Shown here: positions 26,546 through 37,738 of the stretch, one piece after another
How the letters are laid out: the number at the start of each line of letters is the position of its first letter
Numbering within the stretch: the first letter of the stretch is position 1
DNA from: Carcharhinus longimanus
Lineage: Eukaryota
Direction of reading: 5' to 3'
NCBI GenBank assembly: GCA_030264375.1
Contig: JASCQW010000098.1
Coordinates: forward strand, 25,807,285 to 25,871,187
Length of the DNA stretch: 63,903 bases
Translations under genes and position numbers: made by a program
Notes under the pieces: generated by a model
Databases searched by the model: none
The model's input: the letters and a program-made list of their open reading frames with translations, nothing else
Told to the model about the DNA's origin: nothing

Positions 26546-26607
26546 ATGCAGGACAGGGTTGCATGTAGAGAAGATACATGAATACTAGTTGTATTTTACT
26601 TCTATAG

Positions 26608-26669
26608 TCAGTTTTGCATGGATTTGCACAGCAATATTTACTAACAGCTGGATGCAAACCTGCAAAACT
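26608..26669 (-). ncRNA. MIR19B1: pre-miR-19b
   Basis: Mature UGUGCAAAUCCAUGCAAAACUGA at 26608-26630; 5p arm AGUUUUGCAGGUUUGCAUCCAGC. Confidence 0.98.
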
Positions 26670-26727
26670 AACTAGAGAAGCTTTCCACGGTTAAAATTTA
26701 TACAGCTGTAGTCTGTTAGCTAGTAGT

Positions 26728-26786
26728 ACTCAAGTGCTTATATTGCAGTAGATTACTACAACACTACCTGCACTATAAGCACTTTA
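26728..26786 (-). ncRNA. MIR20A: pre-miR-20a
   Basis: Mature UAAAGUGCUUAUAGUGCAGGUAG at 26764-26786 with a complementary 3p arm. Confidence 0.98.
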
Positions 26787-26853
26787 ATACTTCTTGAGCT
26801 TTAAGCCTCAAACAGCAAGGATTCAGACCACTTACAGCCAACCCAGTCCACCA

Positions 26854-26911
26854 TCAGTTTTGCATAGATTTGCACAACTAATTTCTTCTTGTGGTGCAAC
26901 CATGCAAAACT
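26854..26911 (-). ncRNA. MIR19A: pre-miR-19a
   Basis: Mature UGUGCAAAUCUAUGCAAAACUGA at 26854-26876 with a complementary 5p arm. Confidence 0.98.
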
Positions 26912-26981
26912 GGTCGAGAACTGCAATACTAAAGATTCAAGAAAAGAATTAGTACACCCAAGCTGATCAGAGTTACTTATG

Positions 26982-27045
26982 CCAGAAGGAGCACTTAGGG
27001 CAGTAGATTCTACTCTACTTCACTATCTGCACTAGATGCACCTTA
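26982..27045 (-). ncRNA. MIR18A: pre-miR-18a
   Basis: Mature UAAGGUGCAUCUAGUGCAGAUAG at 27023-27045; 3p arm ACUGCCCUAAGUGCUCCUUCUGG. Confidence 0.98.
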
Positions 27046-27130
27046 ACACAAGAGACTTTACTAAAGACAAAGTAGCAAGCAAAATATTCTGAAAATGTCA
27101 GGTTCAAGGAGGGGTTACTGTCAATATAAT

Positions 27131-27188
27131 GCTTGAAGTGCCTCCACTGCAGTAGATTTTAGACACTACCTGCACTGTAAGCACTTTG
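27131..27188 (-). ncRNA. MIR17: pre-miR-17
   Basis: Mature CAAAGUGCUUACAGUGCAGGUAG at 27166-27188; 3p arm ACUGCAGUGGAGGCACUUCAAGC. Confidence 0.98.
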
Positions 27189-27869
27189 ACATTACTTCTG
27201 ACCTGGGCCACAGCAGCAAATAATTCCAGGTTCTTTCAGCCATTTCACACCTGCAGAAAAACAACAGTTAGTTGGCTGCAAAACCATTACAAAAAGTATA
27301 ACTTACTTCTCAAATACATGGGCTGCACTGGAATTCATACCAACAGGAGACTGAAGTCATAGGGGTCAGCTAATTTGAATGAAGCATTCATTCACCATTT
27401 TGGAATTCAACCCATGTAGTATAAAAGCAAATTTGAGGGATTTTTGAGATTAAACAATCTCAAAGGGAATCAATAGTCAAGCCTGGCTTTTGCATCCTTA
27501 AGGAAATTACAGTACAAATTCAATATTGAACTGATATGCGAGAGATCATTCCCCCAAATTGCTCTGATGTCCTCTTTTCTACTGCATGACTAATCATGCA
27601 ACCAGTTTCACTATCAGGTGAAATCATTTTTTCCTGTATTAGATTTGCAAGTCCCATATCATCCATGCTGGTTGGACACAATTTAGCCAGTGAAACATCT
27701 GCATTTTATAATGTTTTATTGAAATGCTGGTAGTAAGCCAGGCTATGTGTAAACACTTAAGTGTTAAAGAACCACACAAGTTGATCATGTCCTTACACAA
27801 GGCCATAACACTGAATAGCACAAAATGCAGAAAGAAATTTTTTCCAATATTAGAAGGCCAATTAAAAGG

Positions 27870-28065
27870 GGCAACTTTTAAAAATGTGCAGGTTAGGTAG
27901 ATTGGCTAGGTTAAAATTGCCCATTAGTGTTTTGGGACGCTTAGGTTAGAGGAATTAGTGGGTAAATGTGTAGGGGTATGGGAATAGGGCCTGGGTGGGA
28001 TAGTGGTTGGTGCAGACTCAATGGGCCAAAGGGCCTGTTTCTGCACTGTAGGGTTCTATGTTCTA
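27870..28065 (+). mobile_element. 5'-truncated HE1-like SINE, antisense within the host transcript
   Basis: gatgtgcaggttagg-like V end and tail ctgcactgtagggttctatgttcta. Confidence 0.8.
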
Positions 28066-28479
28066 ACTCAAACCTGTCGATTTCTTCCATTATAATGGAT
28101 TGAAAGTAGGTGTTCATTCTGCACAAGTTTTATAAAGACAAGCAGGATGTAGTTGGCATTTTTTTTTGCATCAGCTAGTGTGTAGAGCAGATAAACTGAA
28201 GTTAATCTAGATTTAACATGGAATTTCCATGCACTAATACTTCCTTAGTGGCAAGAACTTGAAACTACAAAATGAAGTGGGTGAAGCTGGCAAAATAGAT
28301 AGATGCCTTTAAGTAAGGGCTAGAATGAAATCCATCAGTAAGCAGTACAGAAGTAAAGTAGTGGCGTTTATGCTGTAGTGGTGCAACAAATGCAAGTGAA
28401 AGATAGGCATACAGCAGACCTATGTACCTCAAACAATAACCAAGTTACATGTTCTCTCCCACATTTGGGGGGGAAGATT

Positions 28480-30620
28480 GTACTGTCTCTGCTCCACACC
28501 GCCAGGCATGGGAAGACATGCAACCTGTGCTCTCGCCGCTTCTGCTCCACGCTACCGGACGGGTGGTGGGGGGAATGTGCCGACGGTGCACCACACTGCC
28601 GGGCAGGGAACAGGCTGTACCCCATGCAGAGGACAGGGTGTGCGGCAGCTGCTCCCACACCGCCGAGCGGGGGGGGAGGGGAGGCTGTACCCCACTCTGT
28701 TGGGACGGGGGTGGGCTGGGCGAGGGGAGGCTATGTCGCCGCTGCCCCACGCTGCCGCCACATTTCGCAGGAGCCGCCACTCGACGTCGCGGGTCAACGG
28801 TCGGTCAGAAATGACGCATTCGCCTAACCTCGAGCACATTTTCTTCATCGCGGTAGCTTGATGAAAAATGCCGGACGACCACAGGTGACGGAAAAAACAG
28901 AATAGCGGCATCAAATCATTGAAAACCCGCGTACAAAAAAAAAAGAGGAGACCCCCGACCCGCGAGGCCCGACGCAAAAACCCCGCTCCAAACTGAAAGG
29001 CCGGAGGCCTACACGCATGGTGCACGGCGCATGCGTATATACTCTTCCCCCTCCTCGCATAACATGGCGCCGCTGAGGCTAGAAACCTTTTTCTAAAAAA
29101 AATGAAAAAGACTCAGACGGCGGGGAGCCCTAAAAAAACCAGAGCCGCGCTCACCTGGCCACCGCCGACGATCGCGGAGCCCAGGAGCACGACCCCCCGT
29201 TCAACTCCCCCTCCCCCTGCAGAGCTGCGCGCGCCGCACACGCGCCTGCCGCTCCAACCGTTCAGATTCAAATTTTTCAAGAACCCCCAACACGCGGCCG
29301 GGAGCCAGGCGAACCCCGCGGGGCGGGCTTTGTGGGGGGGGGGGGGGGGGGGAAGGAAGGTAGCGCGTACCCCCCCATAGTCCACTGGACGGAGGTGGGG
29401 GAAAGAAACACTTACACACCACTCCCGCTGCTCCGCCTCCGGAGCTGCGCGGCCTAGGCCCACTCAGACATGTGGCTTTTTGTTCTGAAGCAATTCAGGA
29501 GGGGAGGGTTGGAATAGGATTTTGTTTTTTCCCCAGGACCAACGCCGCCACCAACCGCCCAACCCAGAGGCCGGCCCGAAATGAGACACCGACCGAAGCA
29601 ATGTGAAGAGGCAGCAAGCGAGCCATCGGCTCCGAGAGACAGAAGCCCTGAGACCCTCCCCTCCCCCCGCCTCTCCCAGGCTTTTGTGACCCAGTTCATG
29701 GAGGCGGCCCGACCCCCATCGCGCTAACTCCGCACCGACCGCCGTCTCCCCCTCGCAAACCGGGCTGAAATCTAACTCAATGCGAAAAATATATTTTCTA
29801 AAATGCCAGCGGGATACACTACTATAGTTAGCAGCGGCACCCAACTTGAGGGAGGGGGCGGAAAAAAAACCACACGCGCGAGTAACCGACGCACAAGACG
29901 AACAGCCAGGCCCCAGGCTGCAAGGAAAACCCGGAGAGGAGCGGCCCACGAAAGGAGAGAAAGCCGAAAGCGAGAGAGAATGGGGAGGGGAAGGGGAAAA
30001 AAAAGAAAAACGAACCCCCCAACCGACCGGACGGGCCCACCGCACGCAAGCCCTTCCTTCACTCACACTCGGTGCGGCCGACGACCCGGCGCTGCAGCTC
30101 GGCTCCGGGGGCGGGGATGGGGGAAGAAGAAGAGGAGGGGGAAGAGAGAGAGAGAGAGAGAGAAGGAAAGCAGCCGGATGGTTTCTGGTCCACGGAGAGC
30201 AGCGAGAAGAGGTGAGTCCCTCCCGGGCCCCGCTGCTCACGGCGACCTCCTTGAGGGAGCCGGAGCGCGGAGACGGTTGAAACTGCTGCGATTTCTCGAA
30301 AGTGGCGCGAATGCAGCACCATGTGGGTGAATGAAGGGCGGTTCCCGCTTCAACGTAAATATACTACACACAGGCTCATTAGCATGTGCCGAGTGTCAAT
30401 CAGAGCCGCTGCTATGCCAACCGCGCAAAAAAACTATCTGCCTGCCTGCAAGTAGCCCCAACCAACTCCAAACTAACTTTAGTTTATTTCAACCTATTTA
30501 TATTTTGCTTTAAATTTCTCCTTCCCTGTGAATCGGCAGCGACGATCAACAGTCATTAATTAATCCAGTTTATTGAATCGGACCCGTTACAGGAGAAATC
30601 GCAAATCGATCGGATTAATT
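28480..30620. promoter_or_regulatory. CpG island
   Basis: Abrupt GC- and CpG-rich stretch in a CpG-depleted background, with no TE signature. Confidence 0.9.
30300..30432 (-). promoter_or_regulatory. Core promoter of the miR-17~92 host gene
   Basis: Minus strand: TATATTTA (30363-30356) is 31 nt upstream of Inr TCATTC (+1 = 30332). E2F-like TTCGCGCC (30311-30304), GCGGGAA and TTTTGCGCGG; E-box CATGTG at 30320-30325. Confidence 0.75.
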
Positions 30621-32919
30621 GGGGGACAAAAACTCTTGTTTGCCTGCCGTTTGCGCTTTTATCTTTTAACCTCAGATACATTTTCGGTTAACTCAAACAA
30701 AAGTTCAACAATCGCCCGTGAGAGCTTAGGGGTAACTAGGGTAAATTTACTGGAGGTGACTTTAAAGAAACGCTGGTTGCCCTCGTGCTCTGAGTCCTCC
30801 CCCCCCCCCCCCAAATAAAACATTTACACGTGCCCGCCTTTTTTTAAGGCACTGCCACAACATTGAAGGAACGTAAACATAAAAGTGTACATTTCAACTA
30901 AGCGAATGAAAATGTCAAGTTGGTTAATAACAATCTTAATGTAAAATTAATTGCATTCATGGAACACGATTAACATTTCTCTAGGATTATCAATGTACAA
31001 ATAGACATTTTATGAAGGCTCTGGAAATTAATAGCATTTAACACATTTCAAAAGAAAAGGCACTTATATATATTTTAGATGTACGGCACCGGCATTGAGT
31101 GATAATGAAAGGTAAAATATGCACCTTTTAATACTCAATGAATCACTGAACGTGCATGGTGATCATTACCAATTAGATGCTATTATCAATATATTTTGAT
31201 TCTATGTTGAGCTGAAGTTACGTTTAAACTGGGAAACAATTCACCTGTTTTGGACAAGATTAAACAGCATTTTGATTCATCGTCCATAGTATCATTCGTT
31301 GAACATTATCAACTATTGATGTCAGCAGGTAATAAGAAAATACCGTTTTTTCAATTTTTTCATCAGTTGAGCAAAGTGTCTTTACCATTTTGGTCCCAAG
31401 ATATAATAACTGTAAAATCAAATTGCATAGTAACAAAGATTACATTTTTTACAGCAGCAGTATGACATTTTAATATTCAAACAGTGGCAAAAAAGATCAT
31501 AAAATATCTACTCAAAGATAACAAAAAGTATTCAGAAACTATAATAAAGAACATCATATTTTCAAAATTACATGACTGATCAACTTTATTTTTTGAAGAA
31601 GTGACAGAAAGATTAGACTGAAGTGTTGTCTAATATATTTCGGACTTTCAAAAGGTATTTGATAAGGTACCACACAGTAGACTTCAATCTAAAGTTAAAG
31701 CGTGTGGAACAAGTAACAAAATCAAGGGAAGAGGTCAGGAATGGCCACCATCAAGTGACAGGAGGTTGGGAAGGGTCACTGTCAAGTGAGAGGAATTTGG
31801 GAAGGCCGCCATTGAGTGAGAGGAGATCAGGAAAGGCCATCCTCAAGTAAAAGGATGCTGGGAGGTTTGGCCAAGTGTGAATTGTGGACACATGCTGCAG
31901 CTGCTTTACCTTATTCACTTCAACCGGGTCTGAGGAAAGAACCCACTGCCACAATGCACAATCAAAACAGAACAATCCACACTTAAGGCAAGCAAGAAAG
32001 GAGAGATTAGGAAATTTGGCATGTTGTATTCAGCCAATGATTGCTGCTGTTCTGGCAGTATCCAAAACAGCCAATCTGGCACATAAACCATCATTCCGAT
32101 TGAAAGGCTACTAGTCAAGATTGTTATTGTTCTGGCAGTAAGCCCAGGGCCTCTTTGAGCACAAGCCCTGGTGTTTTGCACCTTGTGCACCCCCTCATTT
32201 GGGCGGAATGGATAGCAAGCTGGCTATATAACAAAGCAGAGAAAGGAGCTAAGAGTACTTACTCAGATTGGCAAAAAGTGGGAAATGATGTTCCACAAGG
32301 ATATGACATATTCACCATGTACGTAGAGAAATTGGATTGAGGAATTGGGAGAATACTTTCCCAATTTAAGGGTAACACCAAATAGATGGAATAGTTTATA
32401 CTGATGAAGACCGTGAGAAAATTTAAGAGGATGTTAATAAATTTACAAAATAGGTGTATAATTTTCAGTCCAATTTCTGTTTAGGTAAATTGGAGGTGGT
32501 GCATTTCGGTACATAAAATAGGGAAGTAACATATCACTCATAAATTAAGAGTCTAAATGGGATAGAGAGTCAAAGGGCTCTGAGGGTGCAAATCAGTAAA
32601 AGTAACAACACAGGTAAATAAGACCATTTAAAGCAAACCAAGCACTGGGATTTATTTCTAGAGGGATAGAGTTGTAAAGAGAATTTAAATTTACATTGAA
32701 CCTTGGTTACACTGCATTTAGAGTACAATGTACAGTTCTGGTTTATAAAAAGAATGTAGCGACACTGGGAAAATGCAAAAAAGATCAACAAGGATGATAT
32801 TGGAACTGAGAGGTTATACCTTCTTCAGTTCTCTGGCTGAAGGCAGGTGTGTCCTACGGTGCCACAACCTCCACCATGGGTCAGGCAAGGAGGCAGGATC
32901 TGAATCCACCCCGTGCCAG

Positions 32920-33203
32920 AATCATAGAATCCCTACGGTCCATCAAGGCTGTACCGATCACAGTCCCACCCAGACTCTATTCATGTGACCCCACCGACTT
33001 ACTCTGCTAATCTCCTGACACAAAGATCAATTTAACAGGATCAATCAACCTAACCGACACATCTTTGGACTGTGGGAGGAAACCCACAAAGACACAGTGA
33101 GAGTGTGCAAACTCCACACAAACAGTGACCCAAGGCCAGAGTTGAACATGGGACACTGACGCTGTGAGGCAGCAGTGCTAACCACTGTGTCACCGTGCCG
33201 CCT
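32920..33203 (-). mobile_element. HE1-like SINE (a second, split copy lies at 33235-33810)
   Basis: Complete head, V-domain and tail. Confidence 0.85.
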
Positions 33204-33339
33204 GACCTGAATAAGGTTCGAAACTAATTATACAATCATAGAATCCCTGCAGTGCAGAAGGAGCCATTCGGCCCATCAATTCTGCACCGACCAGAATCCC
33301 ACTCAGGCCCTACTCCCATAATCCCACATATTTACCCTG

Positions 33340-33742
33340 ATTTGATTTCATTTGATTTTATTATTGTCACATGTATTAGCATACAGTGCAAAGTATTGTT
33401 TTGTGTGCACTATACAGACAAAGTACACCATTCTTAGAGAAGGAAACGAGAGACTGCAGAATGTAGTATTACAGTCATAGCTAGGATGTAGAGAAGGTCA
33501 GCTTAATGCGAGGTAAGTCCATTCAAAAGTTTGATGGCAGCAGGGAAGAAGCTGTTCTTGAGTCGGTACATGACCTCAGAATTTTGTACCTTTTTCCTGA
33601 CAAAAGAAGTTGGAAGAGAGTATGTCGGGGATGCATGGAGTTCTTAATTATGCTGGGTGCTTTGCTGAGGCAGCGGGAAGTGTAGTCAGAGTCAGTGGAT
33701 GGGAGACTGGTTTGCGTGATGGATTGGGCTACATTCACGACC
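33340..33742 (-). mobile_element. Rex1/Babar 3' fragment
   Basis: YTSRCLSKAPSIIKNSMHPRHTLFQLLLSGKRY; same tail as 18245-18480. Confidence 0.8.
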
Positions 33743-35497
33743 TGTTATTAATCCCCCTGACACTAGAGTCAATTTAGCATGGCCAGTCAACCAAACCCAC
33801 ACATATTTGGGATCTTTGGATTTAATGGTTGCCATAAATCTGATCCACACCAACTGTCCTGCCAACTGAGTCAACCAGCCGTCCAAGCAGCCCAAGTTGT
33901 GGCAACATGAATTTCTACATTCATGTTGTACACTAGAGCTGTGTATACTGATAGTAGAGGCTCCAATTTTCTATCCATCATATGGCTGACCGGAATGTCT
34001 CCAATTCTTAACCTTAGGTTGGAAGGATTCACTACATATAAAAAAAAAGACTTAGACAGGACTTCATAAAGATCTTTATGGGAGATGTTTCCACTTCTGA
34101 AGACAAACAAAACTAGGGGCTGTATAAGCAAGACTAAATAAATCCAATATAGAATTCAAGGAGAAATGTGGTTAGAATGTAGAACATGTTACTGCAAGGG
34201 GTAGTAAAGTGACTGACATAGATGCATTAAGCAGAAGTCAGATAAACACGTGGGGGAGAAATAAATAAAAGTAATGCTAATTACATTGGAGGAGGTGAAA
34301 GGAGGCTCAAGTAGACCTTAAAGACCTATATGAACCTTTTTGATCTTTTTTCTTGCTCAACATTTTACGTAAGTAATAAAGGTAAAATGCTTACCCCATT
34401 GAAATCAGCCACATTGAGAACTAATAATAAGCCTATGAGAATTCTCTGTACAAGATTCTTTTTTGAAAATGTTGTCTAGGTTAGGGAGAAATGGAACATG
34501 GTATTATATTTTCACCAATAATCAGTAATTATACTTGGCATTACCAATATCTTTGCACATAAATGCACACCCACATATTCTTCATTTGTGACGTTTTTTT
34601 AAAAACCTTTTTAAGATTAGTATTTCATAATCTTGCAGACACCATGATTTTCAGCAGTAATATTAAACATATGTGTTAAAACAAAGCTGCCATAAGAAAA
34701 TGTATGAATATAGTTGAAACATTTTTATTGTTTTACTGCCTATCTTGGCCAACTGACATTTGTGCCCAGCTGTTAATGAAAAACAAATTAAGCAATAATG
34801 GATCCACAGGAGTACAATCAATTGTAATTGAAATTAAAACACTCAGTTCAAGTCCTCCAATCAAGCTGTCTGTTCTTAATTCACTATTTATTCCACAATG
34901 ATAAGTTTACTACTCTTTTTCAGGTATAATCACAGCCTTGCCTTAGGTGTTCTCTTGGGTACACTGATACACTCCACTAAGAGGTCTGAGCATCTTTTTG
35001 GGTATACTCATGCAAACCAATATCTAGCCAGATGATAGCATAACACAGGATTGTAATAATATCTCAATGATCTATGTTAGATACTTGTGTATTTCTTATA
35101 TGTTCCATAAACACCTCTAAAATCTCTTGAAGGTAAACTGAAAAAATATTTGATAAGACAAGGTCAGTTATTAATTATTACACAGCTTCATTTTACAGCA
35201 AGTGAATGGATGGAGCAATAGTTGGGATTGGGATTAGTTCAATCAGTATAACTTGTCTAATTTATTAGTACAGATTAATCAACATTCTAATAATAAAGTA
35301 GCTCTGTTTACAACCATGTGTTTGAACCTTTGAATCTTTGTTTAGAAATCTGACTTTATGTCCCTATCTATCTATTATGATAAAATTATTTCTAATAATG
35401 TCTTATTTCACTGTTTTCACAACCAGAACCAAATGTTGGCCGGTCCTCCACCAATTACTCTCATCTCGAGGCATCCCAGCACAATTTATTTCTATTT

Positions 35498-35602
35498 TTT
35501 GCATTCGTTCTTGAGATGTGAGCATTGCTGACAAGGGCAGCATTAATTGCCCATTCCTGATTGCCCTTGAGGGGATGGTGGTGAGCTGCTACCTTGAACT
35601 GC
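35498..35602 (-). mobile_element. CR1/LF-SINE-type 3' tail
   Basis: rc reads gcagctcaccaccatcccctcaagggcaatcaggaatgggcaattaatgctg. Confidence 0.65.
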
Positions 35603-36495
35603 ATGCAGACTGTTACTGTTGCTGCTAATCCTATTCCTTGTCTGAGATCCAAAATAAAGTGACATAAGCAGCACCCATGCTGAACTGATGTTTGACAAAA
35701 AGTGAAAATGAGATGTACTCAACTCAGAAGATGTAAAGGTGACCTCCAAAGTAATGGCATGCACCTTCCAAGTAGAGAAAGCACATATTCAGAAGAAATC
35801 CTTCAAGCTAAGGTCTTTCACCTGAGCAAGGAAAAATAACTTAAATAATGTTTCGCCTGTCATTTGTTCAGGCCCCTCATTCCCACTTTCTTGATCTTGT
35901 TGGTGAGTTCCATGAAGTCTAAAAATCTGTGTCTGCACACAGTTAAGGTTCAAATCCGATAAAACAGCCCTTTGTGATCACTTGACATGTTACAATTAGA
36001 AACCCGCTTCTCCCATGAGAGTTTCCCACACACAGCCAAAAATGCTGACCTTAAAGGTAGACATCGATGGGTTGCTGCAGGCTTCTTGACAGGCTATCAA
36101 TTCCAGCTCATTTAACCAGCCACCAGCTCCCAAAACCCACTCTTTTCCAGGTTAAACTTTCCTCCTTATTGTCCAGAATTCAAATTATGAATGTTGTCAG
36201 GTTTAAAATACAGTTTCCATACATGTGTGTTTATGCATGATGTGTGGTAAATAAGGTGAGTGAACCATGAGTGCAGATACTCACATGGAACTATAATATT
36301 GGAGTGATAACAGGGCTCTGTGTCAAAAGTCAGGACTGGATACCAAATATTCCAAGAGACAAGGGCTGGAATCTTCCAAGCCCTCCTGCAGCAAGAAGCT
36401 CGGAACCCAGGAGAACCTAATTCAACAGGAGGCCTAAAACTAGTTTCCCAACAGCATTTGCAATTAAGGAAGGAATTTTTCCTCACAAATTCTAA

Positions 36496-37738
36496 GGGTG
36501 TGATCTTACAAAAGACCGAATGAATGAGAAAATGGGAGAGTTTCAGACCTGTTTTTTGAGTGAGTTTAAAAATGCAATGTTATAACACTGACACTTTTAT
36601 TTGGACAAAAGTGTGATTCTCACCAGAGGGCAGAATCTAAGCTCACCAGTGAAGTTGGCTGCACTGGGAGAACTCCAGCCATTCCCAACCACCCCTCCCC
36701 CTCCCTGTGGACATCACCCCACCTCAACATTTGCAGCTGTGTAACCTCTATGGCAATATTGATCGCCAACATAGCGTTATTGGGACCCTGCTGATGGGTA
36801 CCCCTTTACAGCCTCCTTGTCAGCCCGCCCTGCANNNNNNNNNNNNNNNNNNNNNNNNNNNNNNNNNNNNNNNNNNNNNNNNNNNNNNNNNNNNNNNNNN
36901 NNNNNNNNNNNNNNNNNNNNNNNNNNNNNNNNNNNNNNNNNNNNNNNNNNNNNNNNNNNNNNNNNNNNNNNNNNNNNNNNNNNNNNNNNNNNNNNNNNNN
37001 NNNNNNNNNNNNNNNNNNNNNNNNNNNNNNNNNNNNNNNNNNNNNNNNNNNNNNNNNNNNNNNNNNNNNNNNNNNNNNNNNNNNNNNNNNNNNNNNNNNN
37101 NNNNNNNNNNNNNNNNNNNTCATCCCCCCCATGCATGCCCATCTCCATCCTCTCACCCCCTTCTGCAGAGCTCATCTCCCTTGCAGTAGTCCCCTCTTTC
37201 CTTCCCCACTTACAGATCTTCCCACCCTTGCAGAACTCCCCCCCACAGAACTCCTCTCATGCCTCCCCCCTTGCAGAGCTCCCACTTCCTTCCCCCACCT
37301 ACAGAGTTGCCTTCTCCCCTGTAGAGCTCCCCCATTGCACCCTCTCACCTTGCAAAGCACCACACCCCTGTGGAGCTCCCTCTTTGCCTCCCTCAAATGC
37401 AGAGCTCCCTCCCCACCTTTTCAGGGCTACCTCCCTGGCCTCCTATCCCTCCTTGCCTCCAGCCCTGCAGAGCACCTCGCTCTTGCTTCCCGCCTGCTGA
37501 ACTCCCCCAACCCTGCAGAGCTCCCCGCCCCTGCAGAGCTCCTCCTTGCCCCTCCCAATGTCGTCTAGGACTTGCTAATGACATGCTAAACATGCCATTA
37601 ATTAGCGATGGCAAAACAGAGCCTATACAACTGCATGAGGTGAAAAATTGGGTGTGAATCCAATTTTTGGTTTCTCACACAATCTTACCGGCTTGCTGCG
37701 TCAATCGACCAATGCAGTGAGCCAATAACATCACACTC
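36496..37738. mobile_element. Non-autonomous Harbinger-type element with an internal minisatellite
   Basis: TIR gggtgtgatctta / taacatcacactc; flanks taa / caa. Confidence 0.6.
37160..37555. repeat. C-rich degenerate tandem repeat (core tgcagagctc)
   Basis: About 12 visible copies separated by C-tracts; abuts a gap. Confidence 0.85.

Larger units (their letters stand above)
26400..30332 (-). ncRNA. MIR17HG: miR-17~92 host transcript (pri-miRNA); 3' end not determined
   Basis: Canonical order 17-18a-19a-20a-19b-92a, about 3 kb downstream of a CpG-island promoter. Confidence 0.8.
31600..34330 (+). mobile_element. Old CR1 fragments with nested SINE and Rex1 pieces
   Basis: DFQKVFDKVPH, GNDVPQG, LEYNVQFW and MQKRSTRMI remnants. 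Confidence 0.7.

Noticed and set aside
28368-30330. Many overlapping ORFs in the CpG island
   Set aside because: Stop-poor GC-rich, low-complexity sequence with no recognisable domain
37160-37555. CRISPR-like repeat-spacer array
   Set aside because: Eukaryotic DNA, a short degenerate core, low-complexity spacers, and no cas genes
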